NCBI GenBank assembly: GCA_963715985.1
Contig: CAVQSP010000013.1
Coordinates: 160,001 to 224,000, forward strand
Direction of reading: 5' to 3'
Length of the DNA stretch: 64,000 nt
DNA from: an uncultured Thermoleophilia bacterium
GTDB taxonomy: Bacteria > Actinomycetota > Thermoleophilia > UBA2241
Part shown: positions 1 through 11,394 of the stretch, one piece after another
How the letters are laid out: the number at the start of each line of letters is the position of its first letter
Numbering within the stretch: the stretch's first letter is position 1
Position numbers and translations under genes: made by a program
The notes under the pieces: generated by a model
Database searches by the model: none
Told to the model about the DNA's origin: nothing
Seen by the model: the letters and a program-made list of their open reading frames with translations, nothing else

Positions 1-174
1 AACTACGCCATCGGCGCGCTCCGCGAGCACGGCGCCTTCCGCGGCGCGGGCCTGGCCGCCTGGCGCATCCTGCGCTGCAACCCGTTCAGCAACGGCGGCT
101 ACGACCCGGTGCCACCGCGGCATCGCGGCTGCGAGCACGACCACCCCGAGAGCAACGTGAGCGCCCGTGTATAA
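1..174 (+). CDS. yidD: Membrane protein insertion efficiency factor YidD (5' partial)
   Basis: Frame 1 reads [38 protein letters not shown] ([14 protein letters not shown] motif), TAA at 172-174; directly upstream of yidC. Confidence 0.9.
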   Translation, partial: NYAIGALREHGAFRGAGLAAWRILRCNPFSNGGYDPVPPRHRGCEHDHPESNVSARV

Positions 175-1158
175 CCTGCCCATCCTCAGCCAGCTCATCC
201 TGCTGCTGCACTGGATCCTCGTCACCATCAACGACTGGCTGGCGTCGCTCGGGCTCGGGCCGGAGTGGACGTGGGGCCTCGCCATCATCGGTCTCACCGT
301 GATCGTGCGCCTCATCCTCTTCCCGCTCACCTGGAAGCAGTTCAGCTCGGCGCAGTCCATGCAGGCCATCCAGCCGAAGATCAAGGAACTGCAGAAGAAG
401 TACAAGAACGATCGCGGCAAGCTCCAGCAGGAGACGATGAAGCTCTACCAGGAGCACCGGGTCAACCCGTTCGCCTCCTGCCTGCCGTTGCTGCTGCAGC
501 TGCCGGTGTTCATCGGGCTGTACGCGGCCATCAAGGGCCTCGGGCCCGCTGGAGCGCGCCGCAGTACCAGGCCTCGGTCGAGGCGCTCAACCAGGCCTCG
601 TTCCTGTGGATCCCGCACCTCGGCCTGCCGGACCCGTACTACGTCCTGCTCGTCCTCTACGTGGTGTCGCAGCTCATCTCCACCGAGCTCATGCTGGCCA
701 CGCAGACCGACAAGTCGCAGCGCATGATCATGCGGGCCATGCCCATCATCTTCGTGTTCTTCCTGTTCAGGTTCCCGGCCGGTCTCTTCGTGTACTGGGT
801 CACCACCAACATCTGGACGATCGGCCAGCAGCTCCTCATCCGCCGCATGATGAAGCCCCCGGACCTCGAGGCGCTGGCCGCCAAGCCGGCCAAGCGCAGC
901 CGCTTCATGGAGGCGCTCACGGCGGCTCAGGGCGACCGCATGCAGACGCGCGAGGACCTCATCGCCAAGCAGAGGGCCGAGCGCGCACAGAAGGAGTCAG
1001 GCTCCGGAGGCGACGCCAAGAGCGGCGCCAAACCGGCGGCCCAGTCAGGCGCCAAGAAGAGCAGCGGCGCACGCAAGCCGCCTCCGGGCAAGGGCAAGCG
1101 CAAGCCGAGCCCTCAGCAGGGGCAGGGGACAGACAAGAGCGGTCCGGCGGACGGCTGA
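167..1158 (+). CDS. yidC: Membrane protein insertase YidC/Oxa1 (frameshift near 555; long basic C-terminal tail)
   Basis: [47 protein letters not shown] in ORF 167..727; [12 protein letters not shown] and [19 protein letters not shown] in ORF 265..1158. Confidence 0.92.
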
Positions 1159-1205
1159 GCCGCCCGCCGGGCTTTCGGCATTCGATCGGGGAAGCGGAGG
1201 CTGCG

Positions 1206-1946
1206 ATGGCAGAGCCCGACGATCTCCCGTCCCTGGACGACGGAGAAGAAGAGACCGAGTTCGCCACCATCGCCGGGGCGGGCAGCGTGGAAGAGGCCAA
1301 GCGCAAGGCGATGGACCAGCTGCGCAAGGTGGTACCGCTCGTCAGCGAGGCGGACGTGGAGTTCCTCGTCATGGAGGAGGGCAACCGCGGCGGGTTCTTC
1401 GGCCGCGGCAAGGCCGAGGCCCGTGTGGAAGCGCGCCTGCGTCCCGCTTCCGAGCGCGCTTCCATCCCCGAGGTCCCGGAAGGGCAGGCCGCGGGCGCCG
1501 AGGTCCTCCGCGCCTTCGTCCAGACCACAGTCACCCTCATGGGCATCGAGGCGAGCGTGAGCGCCGCCGACAGTGGCGAGGTGGTCCGCGCCGACATCAG
1601 CGGCGACGACCTGGGGCTGCTCATCGGCCGTCACGGCGCCACCATCGACGCGCTCCAGTATCTCTCGGCTATCGTCGTCAACGGCGACCGCCACGAGCGC
1701 CGTCAGGTCATCGTCGACGCGGAAGGCTACCGCGAGCGCCGCGAGACGGCGCTCGTGTCGCTGGCCGACCGTATGGCGCAGAAGGTGGCGCGCGAGGGCA
1801 GCGCCATCGCCCTCAAGCCCATGACCGCCGCCGAGCGCAAGGTGGTGCACCTGCACCTCAAGGACCACCCGCGCGTCACTACGGCATCGGAGGGCAACGA
1901 GCCTTTCCGCGCCGTGGTCATCTCTCCCAAACGGTCTGCCGGCTGA
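1206..1946 (+). CDS. khpB: RNA-binding protein Jag/KhpB/EloR (Jag_N, KH, R3H)
   Basis: GLLIGRHGATIDALQYL (KH), VDAEGYRERR, PMTAAERKVVHLHL (R3H); GGAGG RBS; canonical position after yidC. Confidence 0.93.
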   Translation: MAEPDDLPSLDDGEEETEFATIAGAGSVEEAKRKAMDQLRKVVPLVSEADVEFLVMEEGNRGGFFGRGKAEARVEARLRPASERASIPEVPEGQAAGAEVLRAFVQTTVTLMGIEASVSAADSGEVVRADISGDDLGLLIGRHGATIDALQYLSAIVVNGDRHERRQVIVDAEGYRERRETALVSLADRMAQKVAREGSAIALKPMTAAERKVVHLHLKDHPRVTTASEGNEPFRAVVISPKRSAG

Positions 1947-2052
1947 CGGCGCGCGGCATCCTCCATCAAGGAGTCCGCCCGTGTCACCGATACACTAGAG
2001 CGGCGCGCCCGCGGGCGCGCCGGGGTCATGTCGCCAGAGGAGGGAGCCAGTC

Positions 2053-3040
2053 ATGCGTGTCAGGTCAGTAGCCCCATGGATCGTCGTCCTCCTGGTGGTC
2101 GCGCTGATCGCGGCGGCCGGGTGCGGGGGCAGTTCGTCGTCCGGCAGCTCGGCATCGCCGGCTGCGGTGGCCGCCGGTGTCTCGGCCGACCAGGTGGTGA
2201 AGGACAGCGAAGCCAAGATGGCGCAGGTCACCAGCGCCTCCTTCGTCGCCGACGTCAAGGTGGGCGTCCAGGGCGACACGAGCAAGATGACCGATCCCAC
2301 AGCCCAGGCGCTGCTCGGGAGCGGCATCACCGTCCACGCGGAGGGCAAGAGCTCCAACGACCCCACCGCCGTCGACATGACGATCAGCCTGGGCATCTCC
2401 GGGCAGACACTCGAGCTCGGGATGATGACGCAGGGCACGGAGTCCTGGGTGCAGTACCAGGACAAGTGGTACAAGGTGGACGCCAAGAGCAGCAAGAGCC
2501 TGGACCAGCAGGCTCAGATCGGCGCCGCTCCCACCGAGCAGCTCAAGAGCCTCGGCCTTGACCCGGCGGACGTGGGGCACCACCTACAGCATGGTCGGCA
2601 TCGAGGACCTCAACGGAACGCAGGTGTACCATGTCAAGGCCACGGCCGACCCGCAGAAGCTCGCCGACGCGCTGCTGAAAGCGTCCCAGGACCCCTCGCT
2701 CGCCAAGAAGCTCGGCGGGCAGGAGCAGCTCAAGCAGCTCGAACAGAGCCTGACGCAGAACAAGCAGCAGACCGAGGAGCTCGGCAAGAGCCTCAAGCAG
2801 GCCACCGTGGACTACTGGATCGGCGTCGACGACGGCCTCATGTACAAGGCCCAGTTCGCCGCCGCCATGGACACCACCGGCCAGAAGGACATGTCCGGGG
2901 TCGACGGCATCACGATGTCCATGACGATGTCCATGTCGGACTTCGACGAGCCCGTCACGGTCACGCCCCCGGCGAACGCGCTGCCGCTGGACAAGCTCAT
3001 GGAGCAGATGTTCGGCATGGCCGGCGGGCTCAGCTACTGA
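2053..3040 (+). CDS. Lipoprotein, LppX/LprAFG (LolA-like fold) type; frameshift near 2570
   Basis: Lipobox IAAAGC followed by Ser-rich linker; typical C-terminus VDYWIGVDDGLMYK...MSDFDEPVTVTPP in ORF 2558..3040. Confidence 0.65.
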
Positions 3041-3071
3041 GACTGCACGGCGGCCGCGCTGCGGCCGCCTG

Positions 3072-3122
3072 AGACGACAGAGGGGCGGGTGGCGCACAGC
3101 GCCACCCGCCCCTCTGTCGTCT
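3072..3122. terminator. Perfect 24-bp inverted repeat, likely bidirectional terminator
   Basis: AGACGACAGAGGGGCGGGTGGCGC-ACA-GCGCCACCCGCCCCTCTGTCGTCT between convergent genes. Confidence 0.8.
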
Positions 3123-3164
3123 GGCCCGGAGACCGCGGCCGCAGGGCCGCAGGCCCGGATGCGC

Positions 3165-4762
3165 TCAGCGGTTCCAGTCGAAGTCGCGCGCCTGGGTCTT
3201 CTCCCACGAGGCGGCGTCGTCGTCGCTGCGCTGCCCCAGAAGGGACTTGCTGAGGATCTCGGGGGCCTTCTGCGCGGCCGCGCTGGGCGGCTCCGGCTCG
3301 GCCGGCGCGGCGGCCGGCCCCACGGGCGCCTCCGCGGGCTGCGGCTCAGGCTGCGGCCGCTGTGCCGCGGCGCGGCTGATCTGCGCCGGCGCCAGCTGAA
3401 CGGTGCCGTCGGCGCGCACGCCGGCGTTGGGGCGCAGGCCGATCTCGTCGTAGCCGCGCTCGTCCATGCGCACGGCTCCGCTCTCGGCGTCGACGTGGAA
3501 GCGATACCAGCCCATGGACCACATGAACGTGACGGCCGTGGTGTGGCCGTCGAAGCCGACGTGCGCGAGAGGGAGCCCGAGCTGTTCGCTGGTCTCGGCG
3601 ATCTTGTGCGGCACCTGGCTGACGTTGAGCAGGTCCACGCCGCGCTGCAGCAGGGTGAGGGAGGCCGCTTCAGCCTCGAGCTCGGCCTGCGTGGGCTCGG
3701 CGGGCGGCGGCTCTACGGCGGCCGCGGCCACCGGTGCCGGCGTGAGGGTGGTCTCGGCTTCGTGCGGCTCCTCGCCCGCGTACTCCGCCTGCGGCGGCGC
3801 GGCCTCGTCGATCATGTCGTCGGTGACGGCCGGGATGGGCTGCGTGCTCTCGAAGACGACTGCCGGCACGCCCTCGCGCACGGCGGCGCCTGCCGGCTCG
3901 GCCGCGAGGGCGGCCTGGTCCGCGGCCGGCGCCGTGACGACAACGGCCTCGTCGGCCGGTACCTGGTCCGCGGCGATCACGTCCGCGGCCGCCGCGACGG
4001 CGGCGGCCGCGGGAACGGCCTGCCCCGGAGCCGCGACCGGCGGCGCGTCGACCGACAGCGCAGCCTCCTCGTCGCGCAGCGCGGCCAGTTCCGCGGCGAA
4101 CTCGGCGGGGGTCTCGCCCCACGTGCGCTCGCCCGGTTCGGAGGCGTCGCCGGTGGGCCGTGCCGCAGCCGGCTCCGGTACGACCGGCGGCTGGTAGGCG
4201 GGCTCGGGCTCCGTGTACGCGACGGCAGCAGCAGCCGCTGCGGCCGGCACCAGCGGCTCCCGGGGTACCTCGTACGCGGGCTCGGCGGTCTGCGCACGCA
4301 CCAGCGCGAGCTGGCCCGCGAGCTCCTGCTTCTCGGCCTCGGCGCGCTCGAGCTGAGCCTGAAGCCGCTCGATCGCAGCGTCCTTCTCCTTGAGGGCCTT
4401 CCAGAAGGCGTCGCTCTCACCCCGCGAGTCACGCTTCTCGGGGACGGGCTCCGGTTCGGGCGCCAGATCGTCGTAGGCTGCGGCCGACATGGCAGCCGGC
4501 GCCACCATCTGGCCGGCCGCGGAGGCACCTCGGCAAGCGACTCGCGCACGCGCCCGTTGTTGGCGGGCGTGGTGCCGATGGAGACCGGCTCGTCCGCGCC
4601 GAAGGTGTGGTTCTGTCCGCAAAGCGAGCAGATGAGGTGCTCCTCGCCGTCGGCGCCGACCACATTCTGGGTCCATTCGCCGACGAGGAGGGTGCGGCCG
4701 CACTGGGCACAGACGGCCTGGTCGGGCTCGTCCTTGCCGCGGCCGAAGATGCGTCCGAACAT
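3165..4762 (-). CDS. Hypothetical protein: N-terminal Zn-finger, coiled coil, acidic Ala/Pro linker, C-terminal globular domain (frameshift near 4515)
   Basis: MFGRIF..CAQCGRTLLVGE..CSLC from ATG 4762; continues in ORF 3165..4703 (LKEKDAAIERLQAQLERAEAEKQEL; FMWSMGWYRFHVD). Confidence 0.7.
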
Positions 4763-4837
4763 CGTCACTCCCGTCTCGGGCCAGCCCGTTCGGGCAGGGC
4801 TACGCTGCACGAACGGTCATGATACCAGACGGACGGG

Positions 4838-5071
4838 CTACTCTTCTTCGTCGTCGTCCGGCGCCGTGTCGAACTGGGCGAGCACCTCGCGGGCTTGCTC
4901 CGCGTCGGCCTCGGCGACGAGGATGTGGTACGGATTGGTCTCCGGCGTGACGAAGACGTCCTCGGTGCCGGTACCGGCCACCACGGCCTCGATGCCGGCC
5001 TGCTCGAGGACACCCCGGACGACGTTGGCCTGCCCTGCGTCGTACACGATGGTCACGGTCTCGAGCTCCAT
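4838..5071 (-). CDS. DUF2007-like small protein
   Basis: QANVVRGVLEQAGIEAVV...ILVAEADAEQAREVL pattern; GAGGTG RBS. Confidence 0.75.
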   Translation of the reverse strand: MELETVTIVYDAGQANVVRGVLEQAGIEAVVAGTGTEDVFVTPETNPYHILVAEADAEQAREVLAQFDTAPDDDEEE

Positions 5072-5162
5072 GGCGTCACCTCGCAGTCCGGGTCGGGACG
5101 CCGCGGCGCGGCGCAGGCGGAGTATACCCGCCTCCCGCGCTGAAGACTCGGGGCGCGCCGCT

Positions 5163-6008
5163 TCAGCCTCCGAGCTCGCGGAGGATCTCCACGTTGCGCA
5201 GGTCCGGGCCCTGGTCGTCGAAGCCGGGGACCTCGAGGATGCCGGGCGTGTCGGCGAAGGCCGGGTGGTTGACGATGGCGCGGAAGCCCTCGAGGCCGAT
5301 CTCGCCGTCGCCGATGTTCTCGTGCCGGTCCCTGTTGGAGCCGAAGGCGGTCTTGGAGTCGTTGAGGTGCAGCATCACGAGGCGGTCGAGGCCGCAGGCG
5401 GCGTCGAGGCGCGCCAGCGCCTCGTCCAGCCCTGCGGCCGTGCGGATGTCGAAGCCCGCCTCGAAGACGTGCGCGGTGTCGAGGCACAGGCCGAGGCGCG
5501 GGTGCCGGTCCGCGGCGTCGATCATGGCGCCGAGCTCGTCGAAGTCCACGCCCATGGTGCCGCCGGCGCCGGCCGTGTTCTCGAGCAGCAGGCGCACCGG
5601 CGAGCCCTCGCTCTCCGCCAGGGCGCGCCGCAGGGCGGCCTGGACACGCACGAGACCGGTCTCGAAGCCGGCTCCCTGGTGTGAGCCGACGTGGGTGACG
5701 ATGGCGTCGGCGCCGAGCTGCTCCGCCGCGGCCACGGCGCCGAGCAGCGACGTCACCGACTTCTCGTAGAAGTCCTCGCGGGAGCTGGCCAGGTTGATGA
5801 GGTAGATGGTATGGATGACGACGAAGCGGATGGGGGACGCGGAGCGCGCCTCACGGAACTTCTCCGCGTCCTTCTCCTTGTACGTGGTGGGCGCCCAGGT
5901 GCGCGGGCTGCCGGCGAAGAACTGGATCGCCTCGCAGCCGATGTCCACGCCGTTGCCGATCGCCTTCCATACCCCGCCCGACGAGTTCACGTGCGCACCG
6001 ATGTACAT
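5163..6008 (-). CDS. nfo: Endonuclease IV (AP endonuclease family 2)
   Basis: IGAHV, HTIYLINLAS, LLLENTAG, CLDTAH, HLNDSK, DRHENIGDGEIG; GGAGGAGG RBS. Confidence 0.95.
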   Translation of the reverse strand: MYIGAHVNSSGGVWKAIGNGVDIGCEAIQFFAGSPRTWAPTTYKEKDAEKFREARSASPIRFVVIHTIYLINLASSREDFYEKSVTSLLGAVAAAEQLGADAIVTHVGSHQGAGFETGLVRVQAALRRALAESEGSPVRLLLENTAGAGGTMGVDFDELGAMIDAADRHPRLGLCLDTAHVFEAGFDIRTAAGLDEALARLDAACGLDRLVMLHLNDSKTAFGSNRDRHENIGDGEIGLEGFRAIVNHPAFADTPGILEVPGFDDQGPDLRNVEILRELGG

Positions 6009-6024
6009 GCCGCCCTCCTCCCGT

Positions 6025-8092
6025 TCACACGAGATCGCGCGGCACGACGCGCCGCCACTCTCGTGTGAAGACCACCTGCTCGTCGTCCTCTTCGCCCTCG
6101 CTCACCGTGACCACGTCGGCGACCACGAAGCTCCCGGCGTCGCACGTCATCTGCCCCCGGGTGACGATGTGGAAACGGCCCTGGGCGCCGCGCCGCAGCA
6201 CGCTCTCGAGCTCCGTCCGCACCGAGGCCGACAGCGGATCGCCCTCGCGGATCCGGTACGTCACCGTGTTCCACTCCTCGCTCTCCCAGCCGTCGGGCAG
6301 GACGACGTTGCCGCCGTCCACGTAGTGATAGGTCCAGGTGAGGCTGTCGTCGGTGAGGTCGCGCGCGTAGCTGCGGTCGCCGGGGCCACCGCCGAACACC
6401 TGCTCTCCGAGCCCCGGCGGCACCACCGGCGCGGCGAACTCCGGCAGCTCCTCGTCCTCGGGGCGCGGCGGGCGCACGGGGAGCTCGAGGGTGGACTCCG
6501 CGCAGTCCAGCGTCAGCACGACGGCCTCCGGCGACGGCCACGCGAGCGGCCAGTACGTGGGGGAGAGCGCGACGCGCAGGCGGTGGCCGGCGGGAAAGGC
6601 GTGGGCGGTGGCGTCGAGCGGCACGCACACCGTGTACTCGTGACCGGGTGCGAGCGCCTGCGGGTGCTCGTGCCCGTCACGGTGCGTGAGGTTGAAGACC
6701 TGCTGGGCCACGAGCGTCGAGACGCCGTCCGGGGCCACGTCGGCGAGACGCACCGCCACGAGGGCGAGGGGCCTGTCGGCGGCCACCCTCAGCGTGAGCA
6801 CGGGGTGGCCGAGGATCTCGAGCCGGCCGGCAAGCGGAGCTGAGGTGAAGCACAGCGACTGGCCCTCAGCCGCCCTCTGGTCGGGGGCCTCGTCGCTGGG
6901 CTGGCCCTCGGCACACCAGGCGCCGGCGTCGGCGCCGCACAGCTGCGAGCCGGCGATGGTCAGGCGGCCGCCGTCCGCGCCGTGCGCGGCCGCCGCCTCA
7001 GCGTCCGGCTGCCGGGCGCCCGGCCCGCGCAGCACGCCGTCGGCGTCGAGGCGCCAAGTCCGCGGCGCCAGACGCTGGGACGGCCACGTCTCTTCCGCCA
7101 CCCAGCGGCCGGGCACGTCGCCCACCTGTCCGCTCGGCCGCCTCCAGTCCTGCATCCAGACTCTCAGCATGGGCTCGTCCATCACGCCCGTGTCGCGGCC
7201 CTTGAGCCAGTGGTCCCACCAGCGCAGCGCCTCCTGCAGGAAGCCGATGGCGGGGCCCGGCGCGGCGATGTGCGGGAACGCGTGGCCCCACGGTCCGATG
7301 AGCCCCTTGCGCGGCCCCGGTAGGCCCCTGAGCAGGCGCAGGACCGCGTTGGTGTAGCCGTCCGCCCAGCCGCCGACCGCGTACACCGGCACCTCGATGG
7401 CCCCGTAGTCCTCGCACACCGAGCCATGCTTCCAGTAGGCGTCGCGGCGCTGGTGGGCCAGCCACGTGTGCGCCCAGGGCCGGTTCGCCTCCAGGCGTTG
7501 CGACCAGAGCTCTCGCCACTCCGCGCCGACCGCCGCCTCGTGCGGCGGCTGGCACTGCCAGTGCAGCATGCACGAGCTCCAGTGCAGCATGTCGGTGCCC
7601 ATGACGCAGCCGCCCTTGTAGTGCACGTCGTCCGCGTACCGGTCGTCGGTGCTCATGAGCGTGATGATCGCCTTGAGCGCCGGCGGCCGGCGGGCGGCCA
7701 CCTGGAGGCTGTTGAAGCCGCCCCACGAGATACCCGTCATGCCCACCGTCGCCGGAGCACCAGGGCTGCGCCGCCAGCCAGGCGATGACCTCGAGGAGGT
7801 CCTCCTGCTCCTGCGGCTCGTACTCGTCGCCGAGGATGCCGTCCGACTCGCCGCTGCCGCGCAGGTCGAGGCGCACGCAGGCGTACCCATGGGCGGCCCA
7901 GTAGGGGTGGATCTGCACGTCGCGCGTAGCCATGCCGTCGCTCAGGCGGTAGGGCACGGCCTCCAGGATCGCGGGCACCGGGTCGGCCTCCGCGTCGTCG
8001 GGCAGCCAGATGCGGGCCGCCAGGCGCGTACCGTCGCTGAGCGGCACCCAGGCGTAGTCGATGGTGCGGATCGTGCGGTCCTCATGCGTCAT
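6025..8092 (-). CDS. CocE/NonD family hydrolase (X-Pro dipeptidyl-peptidase-like, S15); frameshift near 7750
   Basis: WVPLSDGTRLAARIWLP, DLRGSGESDG, nucleophile motif GISWGG, GGWADGY, GPWGH, C-terminal PepX_C-like domain. Confidence 0.9.
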
Positions 8093-8276
8093 ACTGTCGC
8101 CTCCCCGCCCCGCGCCTCGAGGTCGCCGGGGCGCGACCGAGTGTACCGGGACGGCGCGCAGCGTCACAGGGGCAGACGGTGCCGGCGCGGGCACGCGGCC
8201 ACGGCTTGCGGATAGACTAGAGGCCTGGCCGCGGTCCGACGGCGACCGTGCGCTGGAGACGCCCCAAGGAGGCGAG

Positions 8277-8519
8277 GTGGAGGAAGAAAGCCTGCAGCGC
8301 TGCAAGACGTGCCCGGCGTTCGCGGAGATCCCCGGCGAGCAGGGTGCGGGTACCTGCCGCTCGATGCCACCGGTCGTGGTGCAGGGCGAGAAGTTCTTCC
8401 GCGGCCCCAGCCGCGAGCTGCCGTTCGGGACGTTCCCCGCCGTGGGCGCTTTTCCGCTCGTGCGCGAGGACGACTTCTGCATGGCGCACCCGCGGAACCG
8501 GCATCTGACCACGCGCTGA
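8277..8519 (+). CDS. Small Cys-rich hypothetical protein (80 aa)
   Basis: GTG after AAGGAGG; CKTC-x14-CRSMPP...FPLVREDDFCMAH. Confidence 0.65.
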   Translation: MEEESLQRCKTCPAFAEIPGEQGAGTCRSMPPVVVQGEKFFRGPSRELPFGTFPAVGAFPLVREDDFCMAHPRNRHLTTR

Positions 8520-8560
8520 GCCTCGCGCCCCGGCCGCCGAGGCTGTGATAGGGTGAGGAG

Positions 8561-8587
8561 GCGCGGCGGCCGGAAGAGCCGCCGCGC
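8561..8587 (+). other. GC-rich hairpin in the asnB leader
   Basis: GCGCGGCGGC-CGGAAGA-GCCGCCGCGC, 10-bp stem; role (terminator or leader structure) unclear. Confidence 0.4.
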
Positions 8588-8623
8588 CCGTCAACCGCTT
8601 CAGACCCCAGGAGACTCACCGCC

Positions 8624-11394
8624 ATGTGCGGCATCTTCGGTTTCGCCGGCGCGCCCGACCGGCACCTCCTCGGGCGCATGGCCGCCGCGCTCGTGCATCG
8701 CGGCCCGGACGACGCCGGCGCCTTCGAGTCCGCGCCGGTCAGCCTCGGCCACCGGCGCCTCAGCATCATCGACCGCGAGGGCGGTCACCAGCCCATCGCC
8801 AACGAGGACGAGAGCGTCTGGCTCGTCTACAACGGCGAGGTCTACAACTTCCGCGAGCTGCGCGCCGAGCTCGAGGGCGCCGGCCACGTGTTCCGCACGC
8901 ACTGCGACAGCGAGGTCATCGTCCACGCCTACGAGGAGTGGGGGCCGTCATGCGCCGCGCGCTTCAACGGCATGTGGGCCTTCGCCGTGGCCGACCTGCG
9001 CGGCGCCGCCGCGGACGGCAGCGGCGGCAAGCTGGTGCTGAACCGCGACCACTTCGGCATCAAGCCGCTGTACTACGCGCGCTCGCCGCGGAGCGGTCGC
9101 CTGCTGTTCGCCAGCGAGATCAAGGGCCTGCTGCAGGACCCCGAGCTGGTCCCCCAGCCGGACGAGCAGATGGTGTTCGAGTACCTGCAGCACGGCTTCC
9201 ACGACCACCGCGCGGAGACCTTCTTCCGCGGCGTGTACCACGTGCCGGCGGCGACGTGGATCGAGGTGCCGCTGGGCGCCGCCGGCGCAGGGCAACGGCT
9301 CCGGCGCCGCGCCCGGCCCGCTCACGGCGCCGCTGCCGAGCACCCCCTTCTGGACGCCGAAGCTCAGCACCGGCGCCGGCAGCGACCCCGCCGACTTCCG
9401 GCGCCGCTTCCGCGAGAGCGTCGAGCGGCGCCTCGTCTCGGAGGTGCCGGTGGGCTCCTGCCTCTCCGGCGGCCTCGACTCCACCACCATCGTGAGTTTC
9501 ATGAGCGAGCTGCTCCAGGCGGACGTGCCGGACGCGGCGTCGCTGCGCGGCCAGCTCAAGACGTTCAGCGCGGTCTTCGACGGCGACCCCATCGACGAGC
9601 GCGCCTTCATCGAGATCGCCGTCGAGAGCACCGGCGCCGACACCACCTACACCAACCCCACCTCGCACGAGTTCGTGGGCGAGCTGCGCGACTTCATCTG
9701 GCACCAGGAGGAGCCCATCGTGAGCACCGGGCCGTACGCCCAGTGGTGCGTGATGCGCTCCGCCCGCGAGCAGGTCACGGTGCTGCTCGACGGCCAGGGC
9801 GGCGACGAGCTCATCGCCGGCTACGTGCCGTACCAGCTCGTCTACCTGCGCCAGCTGCGGCGCCAGCGCCGCTGGGCCGAGCTGCGGCACGAGGGCGAGA
9901 GGTCGCGGGACGTACTGTGGCCGCTGGCCAGGCGGAGGCTGAAGCAGCGGCGCAAGCAGCTGCCGACGCGCAAGCTCCTGCGGCAGTCCTTCCTCGCGCG
10001 GACCACCGACCCCGGCTACGGGCGCTCCCAGGACGACCTCAAGGAGCGCCTCCTCCAGGACTTGCTCACGTACAGCCTGCCGTGCCTGCTGCGCTACGAG
10101 GACCGCAACTCCATGGCGTTCAGCATCGAGAGCCGCGTGCCGTACCTCGACCAGGAGCTCGTCGACCACATCCTCAGCCTGCCCGACGACGCCATCATCA
10201 GGGACGGGTGGAGCCGCTGGATCCTGCGCGCCGCACTCAAGGGCACGCTGCCCGAGAGGATCCGTCTGCGCCGCTGGAAGGTCGGCTTCACGACGCCGGA
10301 GATGCGCTGGATCAAGGCGCGCCGGGCGGCGTTCACGAGCCTGTACCAGTCGCCGTCCTTCCAGTCGCGCCCGTACTGGGACGGCGCCGCGGTGGTGAGC
10401 GCGTTCCGCGCCTGCTGCCGCGGCGAGGTGGAGGAGAGCATGTTCTTCTGGCGCGCCGCCAACATCGAGCTGTGGCTGCGCGAGTTCGTCGACCGCAGCG
10501 TGGTGCTCGAGGACGCGGACGTGGAGGCCGCGCTCACGGCGCCGGCCGAGGTGGGGCCGCGCCGGCGCGGCAGCATCGCGGCGGCCGGCGACGCGCTCGT
10601 GCCGGGCATTCTTGGGGCGGCCGCGGGCCCGCAGGGCCCCGCCGCGGCCGCCGAGGCCGGGCGCCTCCTCGCCGCACACGCGCCCAACGAGGAGAAGCAC
10701 CTGTTCGCCACGGTCGGCGGCGTCGTGTACGCGCGCCTGCCGCTCAAGACCGACCTGGTCGGGCGCGGCGACGACCTGGGTGAGCTGCTCCGCCGCCAGG
10801 TCGCCGCGCACGTGCGGCCCGGCGACATCGTCGTCATGGCCGAGAAGCCCATCGCCGCCAGCCAGGGCCGCAGCTACGCTCTCGACGAGATCCACCCCAC
10901 GAGGCTCGCCAAGGTACTCAGCAGGGCCGTCACCAAGACCCCGCACGGCATCGGACTCGGCATCCCCGAGACGATGCAGCTCGCCATCGACGAGGCGGGG
11001 GCGCCGCGCATCGTGGCCGCCGCGGCCGTCTCCGCGGCCGGCAAGGTGGTCGGCAAGCGCGGCCTCTTCTACAAGGTGGCCGGCGCCAACGTGGAGGCCA
11101 TCGACGGCCCCACCTGGAACACGCTGCCGCCGCACAACACGCATGCCAAGCTGGGCCCGGCCGACCCGGACGGCGTGGCCGCCCGCCTCTCGGGGGTGCT
11201 CGCGGACGCCGCCGGCGGCCGCGTGGACTTCGTCGTCATCGACGCCAACGACCTCACGGCCACCGTCCTCGGCGCCTCCCCGGGCGCCGACCGCTCGCTG
11301 GCCGCGACCCTCATGCGCGACAACCCGCTCGGCCAGGGCCACGAGCAGACGCCAGTCTGTGTCCTGCGCCCGCTCGGCCCGCTGCCCGGTCTGA
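8624..11394 (+). CDS. asnB: AsnB-family glutamine amidotransferase fused to a C-terminal F420-0:gamma-glutamyl ligase (CofE-like) domain; frameshift near 9295, 3' end uncertain
   Basis: MCGIFG, HRGPD, HRRLSIID, YNGEVYNF, RDHFGIKPLYY; LSGGLDS, LDGQGGDEL, YEDRNSMAFSIESRVPYLD; then GDIVVMAEKPIAASQGR, IDG, VIDANDL, DNPLGQGHEQTP. Confidence 0.85.

Noticed and set aside
3159-5684. 841-aa plus-strand ORF and similar long antisense ORFs (e.g. 9120..11420, 36122..38599, 45519..47567, 53546..56053)
   Set aside because: Shadow ORFs from high-GC codon bias opposite well-supported genes; no recognisable motifs.
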